A stretch of 64,000 bases of DNA from Lentisphaeria bacterium (GCA_041690595.1 JAWLHB010000001.1:62001-126000); one strand, 5' to 3'. Positions 28,916 through 39,788 are shown, numbered from the stretch's first letter. Numbers and translations: made by a program. The notes: generated from the letters alone by a model not told the origin.

Positions 28916-29896
28916 ATGAGAGAGACCAGCATGACCAGCCGTGAACGCGTCATACGCACCATACGTTTCGAGCAGCCGGATCACTTTCCGTGGGCTTTGC
29001 CCGAGCCATTCGGCGACGATTTTGCCGGTGTCGGCATGACGCCGTCACCAGACGCACGGCCGAATGGCAAGGAGGCCGTCGATGAATGGGGCGGCGTCTG
29101 GCACAACATCGGGCTCTGCGGCCTGGGCGAAGTCAAGGAGTTTCCGCTCAAGGAATGGGCGGATTTCGATCGGCTCTCTATTCCCGACATCACCGAGGAA
29201 CGCCGCTGGTCGCAGTTGGCCGATGCGCGCGCCAAGGCCGGAGACAAGTTCCTGATCGCCTACGGCGTCTCGCTGTACGAACGGGCGCACTTCGTCCGCG
29301 GGCTCGAGAATCTATGGGTGGATATCCACGCGGAACGTCAGAATCTGGAGAAGCTGCTCGACATCCTGATGGAGATGAACCTCTACGCGATCGAGCACTA
29401 CGCCAAAGCCGGGGCGGATGGCTACATGTGGTGCGACGACTGGGGACTGCAGGATCGGCTGATGATCAATCCGCAAGCCTGGCGGGAGCTGTGGAAGCCG
29501 CGCTACGCCCGCGTCTATAAGGCGGCGCACGAGGCGGGATTGCTTACCCTGCTGCACAGTTGCGGTCATATTGTATCGATTCTCGACGATCTGATCGAGG
29601 CTGGTCTCGATGTGATCCAGATGGACCAGCAGCAGAACATGGGGCTCGACCTTCTGGGTGAACGTTTCGGCGGGCGCATCACCTTCTGGTGTCCGGTGGA
29701 CATTCAGAATACGATGGCGCACGGCACGATCGAGGAGATTCGCGACTACTGCGGCCAGCTGGTGAGGAGCCTCGGGCGTCCGACGGGCGGCTTCATCGCC
29801 AAATGGTATCCGGATCCAGTGGGAGCAGGCCATCGCCAGGAGTGCATCGAGGCCATGGCAAGCGAGTTCTGCTCGCTGGCTGGCGTCACGGTCTGA
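28916..29896 (+). CDS. Uroporphyrinogen decarboxylase-like (URO-D/MtaA-CmuA fold) protein
   Basis: 'MTSRERV', 'DEWG', 'DDWGLQ', 'LHSCG', 'LIEAGLDVI', 'FGGRITFW'; alternative start at 28931. Confidence 0.85.
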   Translation: MRETSMTSRERVIRTIRFEQPDHFPWALPEPFGDDFAGVGMTPSPDARPNGKEAVDEWGGVWHNIGLCGLGEVKEFPLKEWADFDRLSIPDITEERRWSQLADARAKAGDKFLIAYGVSLYERAHFVRGLENLWVDIHAERQNLEKLLDILMEMNLYAIEHYAKAGADGYMWCDDWGLQDRLMINPQAWRELWKPRYARVYKAAHEAGLLTLLHSCGHIVSILDDLIEAGLDVIQMDQQQNMGLDLLGERFGGRITFWCPVDIQNTMAHGTIEEIRDYCGQLVRSLGRPTGGFIAKWYPDPVGAGHRQECIEAMASEFCSLAGVTV

Positions 29897-29904
29897 ACGC
29901 TCAC

Positions 29905-31293
29905 TCAGGGTGGCGGGCAAACCTGGGCGGCGGCGCCGCGCACGGCTTCGACGAAGGTGGGGTAGGGGTAAATGGCTTCTGCCACGCACTCCACCCGCAG
30001 ATTCTCCCGCATGGCCAGAACGATGGGCGCGATCAGGTCGCCTGCATGCTCGGCCAGGATGTGCCCGCCCAGAATATGCCCCTCGCGATCAGCCAGGATC
30101 TTCACGCACCCCTCTCGCTTGCCGCTGGTCTTGCCGCGTGCCAAGTCCCGGAACAGGCTGACTCCCTTGCAGTAGTCGACTCCCTCTTCGCGCAACGCCT
30201 CCTCCGTCTTGCCGACCGCCGCCAGCGTAGGATCGGTATAGGTTGCATGCGGAATGGCGTGGCGATTGAAGCTCCCGGGGGTGTCGCTGAAGGCGTTCTG
30301 CATGGCGAGCTTTCCCTGGGGGCCGGCTACGTGCGTGAAGGGTAGCTCCGGTGAGGCGACGTCTCCCGCCGAAAAGATCCCTTCGACGCTGGTGCGCAGA
30401 CAGTCATCGACGATGATCCAGCCATTTGGATCGACCGCCACGCCGGCGGTCTCGAGATCAAGTGTGTCGGTGCAAGGAATCCGCCCCGTGGCCAGCAGAA
30501 TCTCGTCGACCTCGATGCTCCGGCTCTTGCCATCCACGAACTCGAGATGCAGCGTTTTGGCGGCAGTGCGCGTCACGGCAGTCACCTTCGCCTCGAGGAT
30601 GAAGTCGATTCCTTCACAGGCAAGAAGTTCCCGAAGCCGGTTTGCAAGCTCATGATCGTCCGCCCCGAGGATGTGCGGCAACTGCTCGATGACGACGACC
30701 TTGCTGCCAAAGCGGGTGAGCATCTGACAGAACTCGATGCTGACGGGACCGGCACCGATGATGGCAATGCGCTCAGGCAGTTCCTCTACCTCGGTCAGCA
30801 GGGTCCGGCTGGTGAGGTAACCGCAGTTTTCAAGCCCGTCGATCGGCGGTATCCGTGGCTTCGCGCCGGTGGCAATGATGATGCGCGGCGCCGACAATCG
30901 TTCGCCGTCGACCGTGAGCCGGTGCCCGGAGTCGAAGCGGGCGTCGCCAGTGAAAACGTCGATGCCCCGTTTCTCCTGCCGGCGTATGGCCGCCTCTTCG
31001 TCTCCAGCACGAATCTCGTCGACGATATCCCTGGCGCGGGCAAGTGCCTTTGGCCAACTCAGCCGCGGAATGGCAAGGTCAAGCCCCGCCAGGTCAATAG
31101 CGCGTGCCGCATGGGAGGCGTGGGTGGCGTCCAACAGCGCCTTGGTGGGATCGCAGCCATAGTTGAGGCAGGTTCCGCCGAGCCTGTCACGCTCGATCAG
31201 TGCAATCTTGCGTTGATCCCGGGCGGCGACACGCGCGGCGGTGCTGCCGGCGGGACCAGCGCCGATAACGATGACCTCGTATTCTTTGTCCAT
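29905..31293 (-). CDS. Class I pyridine nucleotide-disulfide oxidoreductase (MerA/LpdA-like)
   Basis: GAGPAG, redox motif GGTCLNYGCDPTK, IIATGA, GDV, C-terminal YPYPT. Confidence 0.9.
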   Translation of the reverse strand: MDKEYEVIVIGAGPAGSTAARVAARDQRKIALIERDRLGGTCLNYGCDPTKALLDATHASHAARAIDLAGLDLAIPRLSWPKALARARDIVDEIRAGDEEAAIRRQEKRGIDVFTGDARFDSGHRLTVDGERLSAPRIIIATGAKPRIPPIDGLENCGYLTSRTLLTEVEELPERIAIIGAGPVSIEFCQMLTRFGSKVVVIEQLPHILGADDHELANRLRELLACEGIDFILEAKVTAVTRTAAKTLHLEFVDGKSRSIEVDEILLATGRIPCTDTLDLETAGVAVDPNGWIIVDDCLRTSVEGIFSAGDVASPELPFTHVAGPQGKLAMQNAFSDTPGSFNRHAIPHATYTDPTLAAVGKTEEALREEGVDYCKGVSLFRDLARGKTSGKREGCVKILADREGHILGGHILAEHAGDLIAPIVLAMRENLRVECVAEAIYPYPTFVEAVRGAAAQVCPPP

Positions 31294-31371
31294 TTCCGCT
31301 TCTCCACGTCATGATGTGTCTTCATGGTTACACTATCACGATTCCGGGGTACAGCGGAAATGGGGCTTGGT

Positions 31372-34300
31372 TCAGAAATGGCCGCGCTCGCGGCGTTCCT
31401 CAGCGGTTTCGTAATCTTCGCTTTCCAGGTACATGAATTCGTTCATCAGCTCCACCTGCAGATTGGTCAGCAGCGTCGTCAGGTAGCGTTGCGACCGCTC
31501 CGGCTCGTCAAAATCCAAGTGCCAGAGGAGATTGTCGATAACCAGCAATCCGTCGCCGACCCGGTAAGCAGTCAGGGCGCCGCGCCGCGTCAACGACCAG
31601 GCCCGCCTGGTCTTTTTCGGCAGCTTGATCAAGGCAGAAGCGGGTTTCGGGTGGAGAGGCGCGGCGGTCCACATCGCCACCTTGGCCTTGTCGACGATCC
31701 AATAGAGGTAGTTGTTGCTCATGCCGTTCGTCAGCGCATGAACGTGGCGGAAGACATCGTGCTCGCCGGGAGCAGCCTCGCCGCTCAGGACCTGACCCGG
31801 CAGCTTCAGGGAGGTCAAAACCTGCCGTGTCTGCTCTTCACTCAACGCATGCAGGTAAACGGTGGCGCCTTCGCTGAGGTACTCATGCATTCGCGTCCAC
31901 AAATTCAGCGGGAAGTTGTCGCCGTCGATGATGGCAATATCTTCCCCGATTGCATCCTCGGCATCGACGACTTCCGTCCGAACCCCCACTTGTCGCAGCT
32001 TTTTGTACACGCTGTCACTGACGGCGACGGAAACGGGCCTGATGAATGCCGCAGTACGATGCTCGAGCAACCTCGCCAGGACTTGTCCTGCGTTGGGTTC
32101 CTCCTTCAGCTTGCTCACCAACTCCAGCGTCGAAAGCAGCATGGCGCCTTCCTCTATCGGCAGTTCGAGCAGAGGCGATGAGGTCAGTCCCTCACGGTCG
32201 ACACCGGCCAGGAGCAGGGGAATGGCGTTACCTGACTGGGGCACGCGGAAGCAGCTTCCGGCGACGAGGTGATCGTCTCCCCATAGCTGAAAGTCCGCAT
32301 CGGAAAGATCCTTCATGATCGGGTGGCAAGGCGCGGCATTGAAGGCGTAGGTGATCTGCAGCTGTCCGTTCTCCGCATAGCCGTTCGTTCTCTCAAGTGG
32401 CAGGGGCAGCAGCTCGTCGAGCCACTCCGGCGCCGCATCGACGATCAGGGTGCCGCCATGGCGGATGAAGGGGCGGATCTGCTCCAGCATCGCCATCCAT
32501 TCTGCAATGGAGATGCCGCCGTCGGCGAAGCTGATCAGCAAGGCCGAATAGTTCTCCATTGGCAACTCGTCGATCGCATCGAAAAAGCAAGGTCCTGCCA
32601 GACCGCATTCCTTGAAGAGGTCGGTCAGTTGGTGTTGCGGATCGTAGACCGCGATATCGTCTTTCAGCCGGATGCGCGCACTCCGGGGGCTGATCTCGAA
32701 CGCCTTTTCCCAGGCATCGACAACCGTCGTGCCACTGGTGAGTTCGACCCGTACCGTCACCGTGCTCGTCTTCAGCACGGCTGGAGCCCGGAAACGGCTG
32801 GTGAAGGCAACGCTTTCGGCTGGGCCGTAGGTAGCGGGCGGCCAGTAGTCGCGGTTGATCTCTCCGCCATCGTGGAGGGCGACCACGTGGAGAGCCAGCT
32901 CTATGGGATGGCGCAGATCATTGTGCATGGAAAGCTCCATGGCCACGGCATCTTCGGCAAAATAGCGAGTGCGATAGGAATGATCCAGAACTGCGAGCGG
33001 GCGCAAGGCATGGGCATGGGCGATCACCTCCGGCGCCTGCAGCTTCGCCTTTGTGGCTGCCAGGCCGCTGAACTCCATGCAGGCCCACGCGGTGAAGCCG
33101 GAGACGTCCTGACGGCGGTAGGCTTTCATCTCCATCGGCCAGAGCTTCTCCTGCACCAGCGGCGTGCCGAAGTCGGGCCGCTCGAAGGCAACGTCACCGA
33201 CGATGGCGGCCTGGTTGTCGGGCGTCGGGCCATAGACGCAGGTGAACTCTCCAAAGATGAGCGGTTTGTCCCGCCGCCAGCTCCATGGCGGCAGCTCGTG
33301 GCGGCGCGGCCCGTACCATGGAAAGAGGAAGCCCTCCTCCAACCAGTAGGCGGTGTTTGGATAGTCGGGAAAAGCCTGCCAGTTCTTCGGATAGTGCAGG
33401 TTGTACACGTCCAGTCGACCCAGAAAGTCGACGGCGCTGGACATTTGGATAACGCGGCTGCCGGGAACCTCGCGTGCTTCGTTGACGATACGTTCGAGGA
33501 TGCGGGTCATGGCCGCCATCTTCGGGTTCTCCAGGTCGAAGCGCGTGATCGGTGACATTTCATTGGTCAGCGACCAGATGATGACGCTGGGATTGTTGCG
33601 GTCGCGTTCCACCAGAGCGCTGAAGAAGTGGTGGCGGATGTTGGCGTAGCAGGCTTCTTCACTGCCGACAAAGTCGAAGCTGTGGAAGTTGGTGGTCCAC
33701 ATGGCGGTTTCGGTGGTAATGAGCATGCCGACGCGATCCGCTGCCTCCACCCATCCCTTGTCCTGTGGTTTGGCGTGAAGGCGGATGTGATTGACGTTGC
33801 CTTCCTCCTTCCACGCCCGCAGGATGGCGATCTTTTCCTCCAGCGGAATCCTGCAGTCCTGCTCCGGCTGTGTATGACCCGATTGGCCGAAGAGATGAAT
33901 CTTCTTGCCGTTCAGGTAGAAGCTGGAGCCATTGATGGTGAACTCCCGGAAGCCGAAGGTATCATGATGCTGATCGACAAGTCTGCCGTCCCGTCGCAGG
34001 ATAGTGACGAGCTTGTAGAGATGCGGATTGTCCGTGTCCCAGAGAATGGCATCATTCCAGTAAATGGTACGCTTGATGGTGCGTGACGAACGCGGCGGCA
34101 GGTCGACGATCTCCGCCACCAGTTCACGGGTTTCAGCCACGGCGCTGTCCACCTCGATCGACACGGCTTCATCCAGATCATTCGTCAGAGCGATGGTGTA
34201 GTGCAGTTCACCCAGTGAGACCTTTGGATCCGCGACCACATAGTCGACGCGCACACGCGGCAGGGCGTGCAGGGTGGCGCTGCCCACCAGTCGCTCGCCG

Positions 34301-34866
34301 CCTCCGTAGACAACCGGATGGGTGAGATTGTCGGTAATCTCTTCGCAGGTGGGCAGGCGGGTGCCGGTGAAATGATAAACGTCGAATGGCCGCTTGCCGC
34401 TGGTGCCGGAGTTGCCGACGGTGATCGTGAGGATGACGTCGCTGCCCGGCGTGAGATGGTTGGTCACGTCGATGCGATGGGGTTCGAGGCCGCCGACGTA
34501 GCGCGTCACCTCATGTCCATTGATGGCGACCTGAACATTGTAGCGGGTCTGGTCGAGGAGCAGAAAGAGGGTATGATTCCTCCAATCGGCGGGAACGGCG
34601 ATGCGTCGCGCATAGGTGACGGTGGGATTGGGGAGCCGCATTTCACCTTTGCGCGGGGGGAGCGTGCCATTCAGCGGCCGCAGACCCACCGCGCGATCAC
34701 CCGGCAGGTCGAGCCTGCGTGGATGGTTCTCGGGATCGTCCGCCAGCTCGAGATCCGCTGGTGAACAGGCGCCACCGGTGGAGGCTGCCAGCACGGCATC
34801 GGCGAGGGAGATGCTTGCAAACCAGTCCGTGGTCAGATCGAGGATGGAACGAGAATTTTCGGACAT
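31372..34866 (-). CDS. Glycoside hydrolase family 2 with long C-terminal extension
   Basis: 'LWDTDNPHLY', 'FGFREF...FYLNGKKI', 'RDRNNPSVIIWSLTNE', 'PLIFGEF'. Confidence 0.85.
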   Translation of the reverse strand: MSENSRSILDLTTDWFASISLADAVLAASTGGACSPADLELADDPENHPRRLDLPGDRAVGLRPLNGTLPPRKGEMRLPNPTVTYARRIAVPADWRNHTLFLLLDQTRYNVQVAINGHEVTRYVGGLEPHRIDVTNHLTPGSDVILTITVGNSGTSGKRPFDVYHFTGTRLPTCEEITDNLTHPVVYGGGERLVGSATLHALPRVRVDYVVADPKVSLGELHYTIALTNDLDEAVSIEVDSAVAETRELVAEIVDLPPRSSRTIKRTIYWNDAILWDTDNPHLYKLVTILRRDGRLVDQHHDTFGFREFTINGSSFYLNGKKIHLFGQSGHTQPEQDCRIPLEEKIAILRAWKEEGNVNHIRLHAKPQDKGWVEAADRVGMLITTETAMWTTNFHSFDFVGSEEACYANIRHHFFSALVERDRNNPSVIIWSLTNEMSPITRFDLENPKMAAMTRILERIVNEAREVPGSRVIQMSSAVDFLGRLDVYNLHYPKNWQAFPDYPNTAYWLEEGFLFPWYGPRRHELPPWSWRRDKPLIFGEFTCVYGPTPDNQAAIVGDVAFERPDFGTPLVQEKLWPMEMKAYRRQDVSGFTAWACMEFSGLAATKAKLQAPEVIAHAHALRPLAVLDHSYRTRYFAEDAVAMELSMHNDLRHPIELALHVVALHDGGEINRDYWPPATYGPAESVAFTSRFRAPAVLKTSTVTVRVELTSGTTVVDAWEKAFEISPRSARIRLKDDIAVYDPQHQLTDLFKECGLAGPCFFDAIDELPMENYSALLISFADGGISIAEWMAMLEQIRPFIRHGGTLIVDAAPEWLDELLPLPLERTNGYAENGQLQITYAFNAAPCHPIMKDLSDADFQLWGDDHLVAGSCFRVPQSGNAIPLLLAGVDREGLTSSPLLELPIEEGAMLLSTLELVSKLKEEPNAGQVLARLLEHRTAAFIRPVSVAVSDSVYKKLRQVGVRTEVVDAEDAIGEDIAIIDGDNFPLNLWTRMHEYLSEGATVYLHALSEEQTRQVLTSLKLPGQVLSGEAAPGEHDVFRHVHALTNGMSNNYLYWIVDKAKVAMWTAAPLHPKPASALIKLPKKTRRAWSLTRRGALTAYRVGDGLLVIDNLLWHLDFDEPERSQRYLTTLLTNLQVELMNEFMYLESEDYETAEERRERGHF

Positions 34867-34882
34867 GATGAAGCATGCTCCT

Positions 34883-36070
34883 TCAGATGGAAAGCTCGAT
34901 TACTGTATTGGCACGATCCGGCGGCAATGGCGGCAATTCGTCGACGATCAGCACTTTGCCGTCCCACCGGGTTGCGGCCTTCTGGCCATTCGTCAGCACG
35001 CGGGCTTTGACTGCTGCTTTGCCTGGCTGAGCGCCAAGGAGGTCGGCAGTCAGATCCGGCAGGCGCAGGGAGCTACCCGGCCAGTAGAAGGTGTGCAGGT
35101 AGAGTTTGCCTTCCCGCCGGGTGATCCTTCCCCCGCCGAAGAAGGGTCGCTGGAGCCGCTCGACGCCATGGATGGCGTCACCATGTACGCTGAGCCAGTT
35201 GCCCATGGCGGTAAGCAGCTCGCGTTGCATCGGCGGCACGGCGCCATTCGCCATCGGGCTCACGTTGAGCAACAGGTTGCCGCCCTGTACCGCGCAGTTG
35301 GTGAGGAGAAAGATGAGCTGGTTGATGGTCTTGTAGTTGTAGTCGTGCTCGGCGTAGCCCCACAGGTCGTTCATGCAGGTGCACATTTCCCAATCGGTGC
35401 CGAATGGCGCCGGCTTGCACTCGTTTTCGCAGGTGACGAAGTCTTCGGTGGTTCCGGCGCGCTCGTTGATCAGGATATCCGGTTGAAGCTCGCGTGCCAT
35501 GGCGTTGAGCCCGGCCGAGTCGAGGATGCCAGCGGAAAGGTACTCCCCGTCGAACCAGGCGCCGTCGTACCAGAGCAGGTCGATCTTGCCGTAGTTGGTC
35601 ATGAGTTCCCGCACCTGAGTATGCATGAAGGTGCGCAGCTCGTCGGTGCGCTCGCGGGCGCCCTCGGCCACGGCCTTGTAGGCAGGGAAATGCCAATCCC
35701 CAAGAGAGAAGTAGAGCCCGACCTTGAGCCCTGCCTGACGGAATGCTTGCACATATTCCGCCACCAGGTCGCGCCGGGGTCCGCCGACAGTGGCATTGTA
35801 ATCGGTAGTGTCGGTCTTGAAGAGGCAGTAGCCGTCGTGGTGCTTTGTCGTCAGGACGGCATAGCGCATGCCGGCACGTACGGCGAGTTGTGCCCATTCA
35901 TCGGCGAATCCCGGCTCGGGCAGGAAATGCTCCGCCAGTTTCTCGTAGTCCGAGGTCGGAATCCCATCCAGCTTCATCACCCACTCGCCGCGCTTCAGCA
36001 CCGAATAGAGTCCCCAGTGGACGAACATGCCGAACTTGGCGCCGCGAAACCATTCTTTCTTGTCATGCAT
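34883..36070 (-). CDS. Alpha-L-fucosidase, GH29
   Basis: 'KFGMFVHWGLYS', 'LTTKHHDGYCLF', 'LLWYDGAW', 'WEMC', 'GGNLLLNVSP'. Confidence 0.92.
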   Translation of the reverse strand: MHDKKEWFRGAKFGMFVHWGLYSVLKRGEWVMKLDGIPTSDYEKLAEHFLPEPGFADEWAQLAVRAGMRYAVLTTKHHDGYCLFKTDTTDYNATVGGPRRDLVAEYVQAFRQAGLKVGLYFSLGDWHFPAYKAVAEGARERTDELRTFMHTQVRELMTNYGKIDLLWYDGAWFDGEYLSAGILDSAGLNAMARELQPDILINERAGTTEDFVTCENECKPAPFGTDWEMCTCMNDLWGYAEHDYNYKTINQLIFLLTNCAVQGGNLLLNVSPMANGAVPPMQRELLTAMGNWLSVHGDAIHGVERLQRPFFGGGRITRREGKLYLHTFYWPGSSLRLPDLTADLLGAQPGKAAVKARVLTNGQKAATRWDGKVLIVDELPPLPPDRANTVIELSI

Positions 36071-36223
36071 TGGCCGCCCTCCTTGTGGCGTGTTGTCACC
36101 TTGGCCCTGTTTGCCCTTTCGTCAAGTGAACTCGATGGTTGAAACTTGCGAAAAGCAAGCAGAAAATGTGTCGGTGGTGTGATTCTGGTGTTGCCGATTC
36201 GGTGAAGGCCTCTATAGTTTGGG

Positions 36224-39200
36224 ATGTCATTAATAGGCTTTTATAGAAGTATTTTCTCCATCCAGACGCGAGAGCAGGGAGGAGACTATTATCGCTCCGG
36301 CGCGGTGCTTAGCGTCGTTGGGCAAGATACCTATGTCCAGGCGCGGGTGAATGGTGGCTTGGTCTACCTTGTGGACATAACCGCGACCAAGCGCCAGGTG
36401 AAGTTCAGCTGTGGGTGCCCGTACTTCGAGAGCGGCAGGTACTGCAAGCATCTGTGGGCGACACTCCTGATGGCCGAAGACAGGGGACATCTGAAAGACG
36501 CTGCCATGCGACCTTTGACCCCCGTTCACAAATATGCGGGAAAATTCGCGATAGTGGAAGAGCCTGACGATCCTGACGATTTTGTCGATGAGGACGATGA
36601 GGACGATGAGCTGCTCCTGTTTCACGATGACTATGATGAGGATGAGATTGAGTTTGAGTTTGACTATGGCGTCGATGATGAGTTTGACGAGTTTGACGAC
36701 GGGTTGGACGCGCATGGCATTGAAGGAGCGATTGCCAAGACGCTTGGAATGGTGCTTACCAAATCAATGGACCATACCCAGGTCGAGGCGGAGATCGAGC
36801 GCCTCACCAGATCGCTGACCAAGCTGCGCGCGGATGTGGGTGGTAAAGCTCCCGCGCCGGTGCTCAATTTTCCTCAACGCGCGAAGCCCCAGCCTCAGCC
36901 CCTGTGGCAGGTGCACCTGAAGCAGTTGGGGCACTCGCTTAACAGTGCTCAACAGCTGGAGGCGGATGACATTGAACTCGCCTTCGTACTGATGAAGCAG
37001 TACTGCGATCAGCAGTGCCTTTCCCTCATGATTCGTCACCGTGAACGACGCAAGGACGGTAGCTGGGGCAAGGTTCGGGCGACATCGGGCAGGTATACAA
37101 ATCCCCGCCTCAGCAAAGCCGACGACCGGCTCATGACGGAGCTGCTCGGAGCGGCAAGCTGGATCGACAGGGGATATAGGCACGGCTATATAAGCAGCTC
37201 CAGTGGCTTGGTGGGACGAGAGCTGAGACTGCGCTATGCCGATGCCCGGCGCCTGCTGCCGGCCATCTGCGATTCGGGACGCTGCTGGCAGGATATGGAG
37301 TACGGCAACTCCGTCAGCGATGCGCAGTTGAACTTTGACCACGGTCCCCCATGGCGTTTCAAGCTGGTCATCACACGCGTCGACAAGTACTATGTGGTAG
37401 AAGGGGTGCTGCATCGCCCCGATCAGGAACTTCCCCTTCAAACGGTGACGTGGCTTCAGCCCGGGCTGGTCATCTTTCAGGATTTCCTGGCGTATCTGGA
37501 TGATGACGGAGCCTTCCCCTTCATCCATCTCCTGAAGCAGGTGCCTGAAGCTCTGTGTGTCAGAGAGACGGAAGTGGATGACTTCATCGAGCATCTGCTC
37601 AAGTTGCCGGTGCTGCCCGAAGCCGTATTCCCGGAAGAATGGGGGATCTCGCAGGAGGTGGCGCGCCCGCAACCGCAATTGATCATCGATGAACCGGATT
37701 TCAGGCAAGAGAGGATTACCCTGCGGCCAACCTTTCTTTACGATACCCTTCAGGTTAGCGCTGTCGATCCCCGACGGCGCCTCTCGCCCCCAGGCGGGCG
37801 GCGCCTGCTCATGCGAGATACGACCGCCGAAGCAACCTGGCTGCAGCAGCTCGTCAGCTCGCCTTGTCTGGCCGACCTGGCGCTGCCCCCGGATGGGGCC
37901 GAATTCTGTGTGGAACTGGAGCAGTTCATCGTGATGGTGGATGAGCTGAACATGCGCGGCTGGGAGATTCTGGCCGAGCAGAAGCAGATCCGGCCGCCCA
38001 AAGATTTCGAAATCAAGGTGAGCAGCGGGATCGACTGGTTCGATCTCGAAGCGAGTGTCGACTTCGGTTCGATGCGCCTCGAGTTGCCGGAGCTGTTGCA
38101 GGCGCTGCGCGAACGGAGGCGCCTGGTACGTCTGGGCGATGGTTCTCAGGGGGTCTTGCCCGAGGAATGGCTGAAGCGCTTCGAGCTGCTGGGCGCAATG
38201 GGGGCCGAGCGCAAGGATGGCAGCCTGCGCTTCAGCTCCGCCCAAGCCCTGCTGCTGGATGCTGCCCTGCCGCGCGACATCACCCTGCAGGCGGATGCCC
38301 GCTTTGCCGAGGCGCGCCGCAAGCTGCTCAATTTCGATGGCATCGCGCCCGCTCAGCCCAGTGCCGATTTCCACGGGGTCCTGCGCTCGTATCAGAAGGA
38401 TGGGCTGGCCTGGTTGCGCTTCCTCTGCGAATTCGGCCTCGGCGGATGCCTTGCGGACGATATGGGGCTCGGCAAGACGGTGCAGGTTCTTGCCCTGTTG
38501 GCGGAGCTTCACCTGGGCAAGAATGCGGCCACCGCCCCTTCGCTTATCGTCGTTCCCAATTCCCTCCTCTTCAACTGGCAGGCTGAGGCCTCGCGATTTG
38601 TTCCCGATCTGCGCGTCCTCGTCCATGCCGGCGGTAACCGCCTGCCGGTCGGCGAGCACTTCCATGATCACCACATCATCCTTACCACCTACGGTCTGGT
38701 CCTGCGGGATATCGAAGCACTGAGCGCCATGACCTTCACGGCCTGCATTCTCGATGAAGCGCAAGCCATCAAGAACAGCAGCACCAAGACGGCCCGGGCC
38801 GTGCGGCTGCTGCGCAGCCGGCATCGCCTTGCCCTCAGCGGCACGCCGGTCGAAAACCACCTTGGTGAGCTGTGGAGCCTTATCGAATTCATCAACCCGG
38901 GACTTCTCGGCAAAGCCAGTGCCTTCAGCCGCTTCAGCGAGCAGAAGAACGACGGCTCCATCGGGAGCGACAGCCGCGCCGCCCTGGCCAAGGCGATGCG
39001 CCCGATCCTCCTGCGCCGCACCAAGGAACAGGTCGCTAAGGATCTGCCGCCCAAGGTCGAACAGACGCTCTACTGCGAACTCGATACCCGCCAGCAGAAG
39101 CTGTATGATGAGCTCCGCGACCATTACCGTACGGTGCTGCTGGATCAAGTGGACGACGAAGGGCTGGAGAGCTCCAAGATTCAGGTGCTGGAAGCGCTGC

Positions 39201-39775
39201 TGCGCCTGCGGCAGGCCGCTTGCCATCCAGGCCTCATCGATGTCGGTCGGCGAGAGGAGAATAGCGCCAAGCTGGATCTGCTCATGCCGTCACTCGAAGA
39301 TATCATTGCCGAAGGGCACAAGGCGCTGGTCTTTTCGCAGTTCGTGCAGTTCCTGGGTATCGTGCGCGAGCGGCTCGACAAGTCAGGGGTTCCCTACGCC
39401 TATCTCGATGGCCAGTGCTCGCCCACCGCTCGCCAAGACGCCGTCAGCCATTTTCAGAATGATCCGGCTTGCCCGCTCTTTCTGATCAGCCTCAAAGCCG
39501 GCGGGCTCGGCCTGAATCTGACCGCCGCGGACTATGTCTACCTTCTCGATCCCTGGTGGAATCCCGCCGTCGAACGTCAGGCGATCGACCGGACTCACCG
39601 CATCGGGCAGGATAAGCGTGTCTTTGCCTGCCGCATCATCGCCCGCAACACCGTTGAAGAGAAGGTTCTGGATCTGCAGTCGAGAAAGCGGGAACTGGCT
39701 GACGCCATATTCGACGGGAACGATTCGCTCCTCCGCACGCTCAAACGGGAAGATCTGCAGCTGCTTCTCTCCTGA
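36224..39775 (+). CDS. SWIM zinc finger - SNF2 family helicase/ATPase
   Basis: SWIM 'CGCPYFESGRYCKH'; LADDMGLGKT, DEAQ, SGTPVEN, SLKAGGLGLNL, QAIDRTHRIGQ. Confidence 0.93.
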   Translation: MSLIGFYRSIFSIQTREQGGDYYRSGAVLSVVGQDTYVQARVNGGLVYLVDITATKRQVKFSCGCPYFESGRYCKHLWATLLMAEDRGHLKDAAMRPLTPVHKYAGKFAIVEEPDDPDDFVDEDDEDDELLLFHDDYDEDEIEFEFDYGVDDEFDEFDDGLDAHGIEGAIAKTLGMVLTKSMDHTQVEAEIERLTRSLTKLRADVGGKAPAPVLNFPQRAKPQPQPLWQVHLKQLGHSLNSAQQLEADDIELAFVLMKQYCDQQCLSLMIRHRERRKDGSWGKVRATSGRYTNPRLSKADDRLMTELLGAASWIDRGYRHGYISSSSGLVGRELRLRYADARRLLPAICDSGRCWQDMEYGNSVSDAQLNFDHGPPWRFKLVITRVDKYYVVEGVLHRPDQELPLQTVTWLQPGLVIFQDFLAYLDDDGAFPFIHLLKQVPEALCVRETEVDDFIEHLLKLPVLPEAVFPEEWGISQEVARPQPQLIIDEPDFRQERITLRPTFLYDTLQVSAVDPRRRLSPPGGRRLLMRDTTAEATWLQQLVSSPCLADLALPPDGAEFCVELEQFIVMVDELNMRGWEILAEQKQIRPPKDFEIKVSSGIDWFDLEASVDFGSMRLELPELLQALRERRRLVRLGDGSQGVLPEEWLKRFELLGAMGAERKDGSLRFSSAQALLLDAALPRDITLQADARFAEARRKLLNFDGIAPAQPSADFHGVLRSYQKDGLAWLRFLCEFGLGGCLADDMGLGKTVQVLALLAELHLGKNAATAPSLIVVPNSLLFNWQAEASRFVPDLRVLVHAGGNRLPVGEHFHDHHIILTTYGLVLRDIEALSAMTFTACILDEAQAIKNSSTKTARAVRLLRSRHRLALSGTPVENHLGELWSLIEFINPGLLGKASAFSRFSEQKNDGSIGSDSRAALAKAMRPILLRRTKEQVAKDLPPKVEQTLYCELDTRQQKLYDELRDHYRTVLLDQVDDEGLESSKIQVLEALLRLRQAACHPGLIDVGRREENSAKLDLLMPSLEDIIAEGHKALVFSQFVQFLGIVRERLDKSGVPYAYLDGQCSPTARQDAVSHFQNDPACPLFLISLKAGGLGLNLTAADYVYLLDPWWNPAVERQAIDRTHRIGQDKRVFACRIIARNTVEEKVLDLQSRKRELADAIFDGNDSLLRTLKREDLQLLLS

Positions 39776-39788
39776 TTCCGCGCCTTCC

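Noticed and set aside
28916..29896. hemE assignment for the URO-D-like genes
   Set aside because: There is no MRQAGR motif of true HemE and no tetrapyrrole gene context.
29905..31293. merA (mercuric reductase) or lpdA
   Set aside because: It lacks the C-terminal Cys-Cys pair and mer neighbours, and has YPYPT instead of the HPT..E motif of LpdA; left as a generic family member.
9674..39226. Long opposite-strand ORFs (e.g. 9674-12106, 13519-15708, 15638-18013, 34616-36142, 36764-39226)
   Set aside because: They are shadows of well-supported genes in GC-rich DNA and show no recognisable motifs.
36224..39775. SNF2 gene as part of an anti-phage defence system
   Set aside because: It is a stand-alone SWIM-SNF2 with no adjacent methylase, nuclease or other defence genes.
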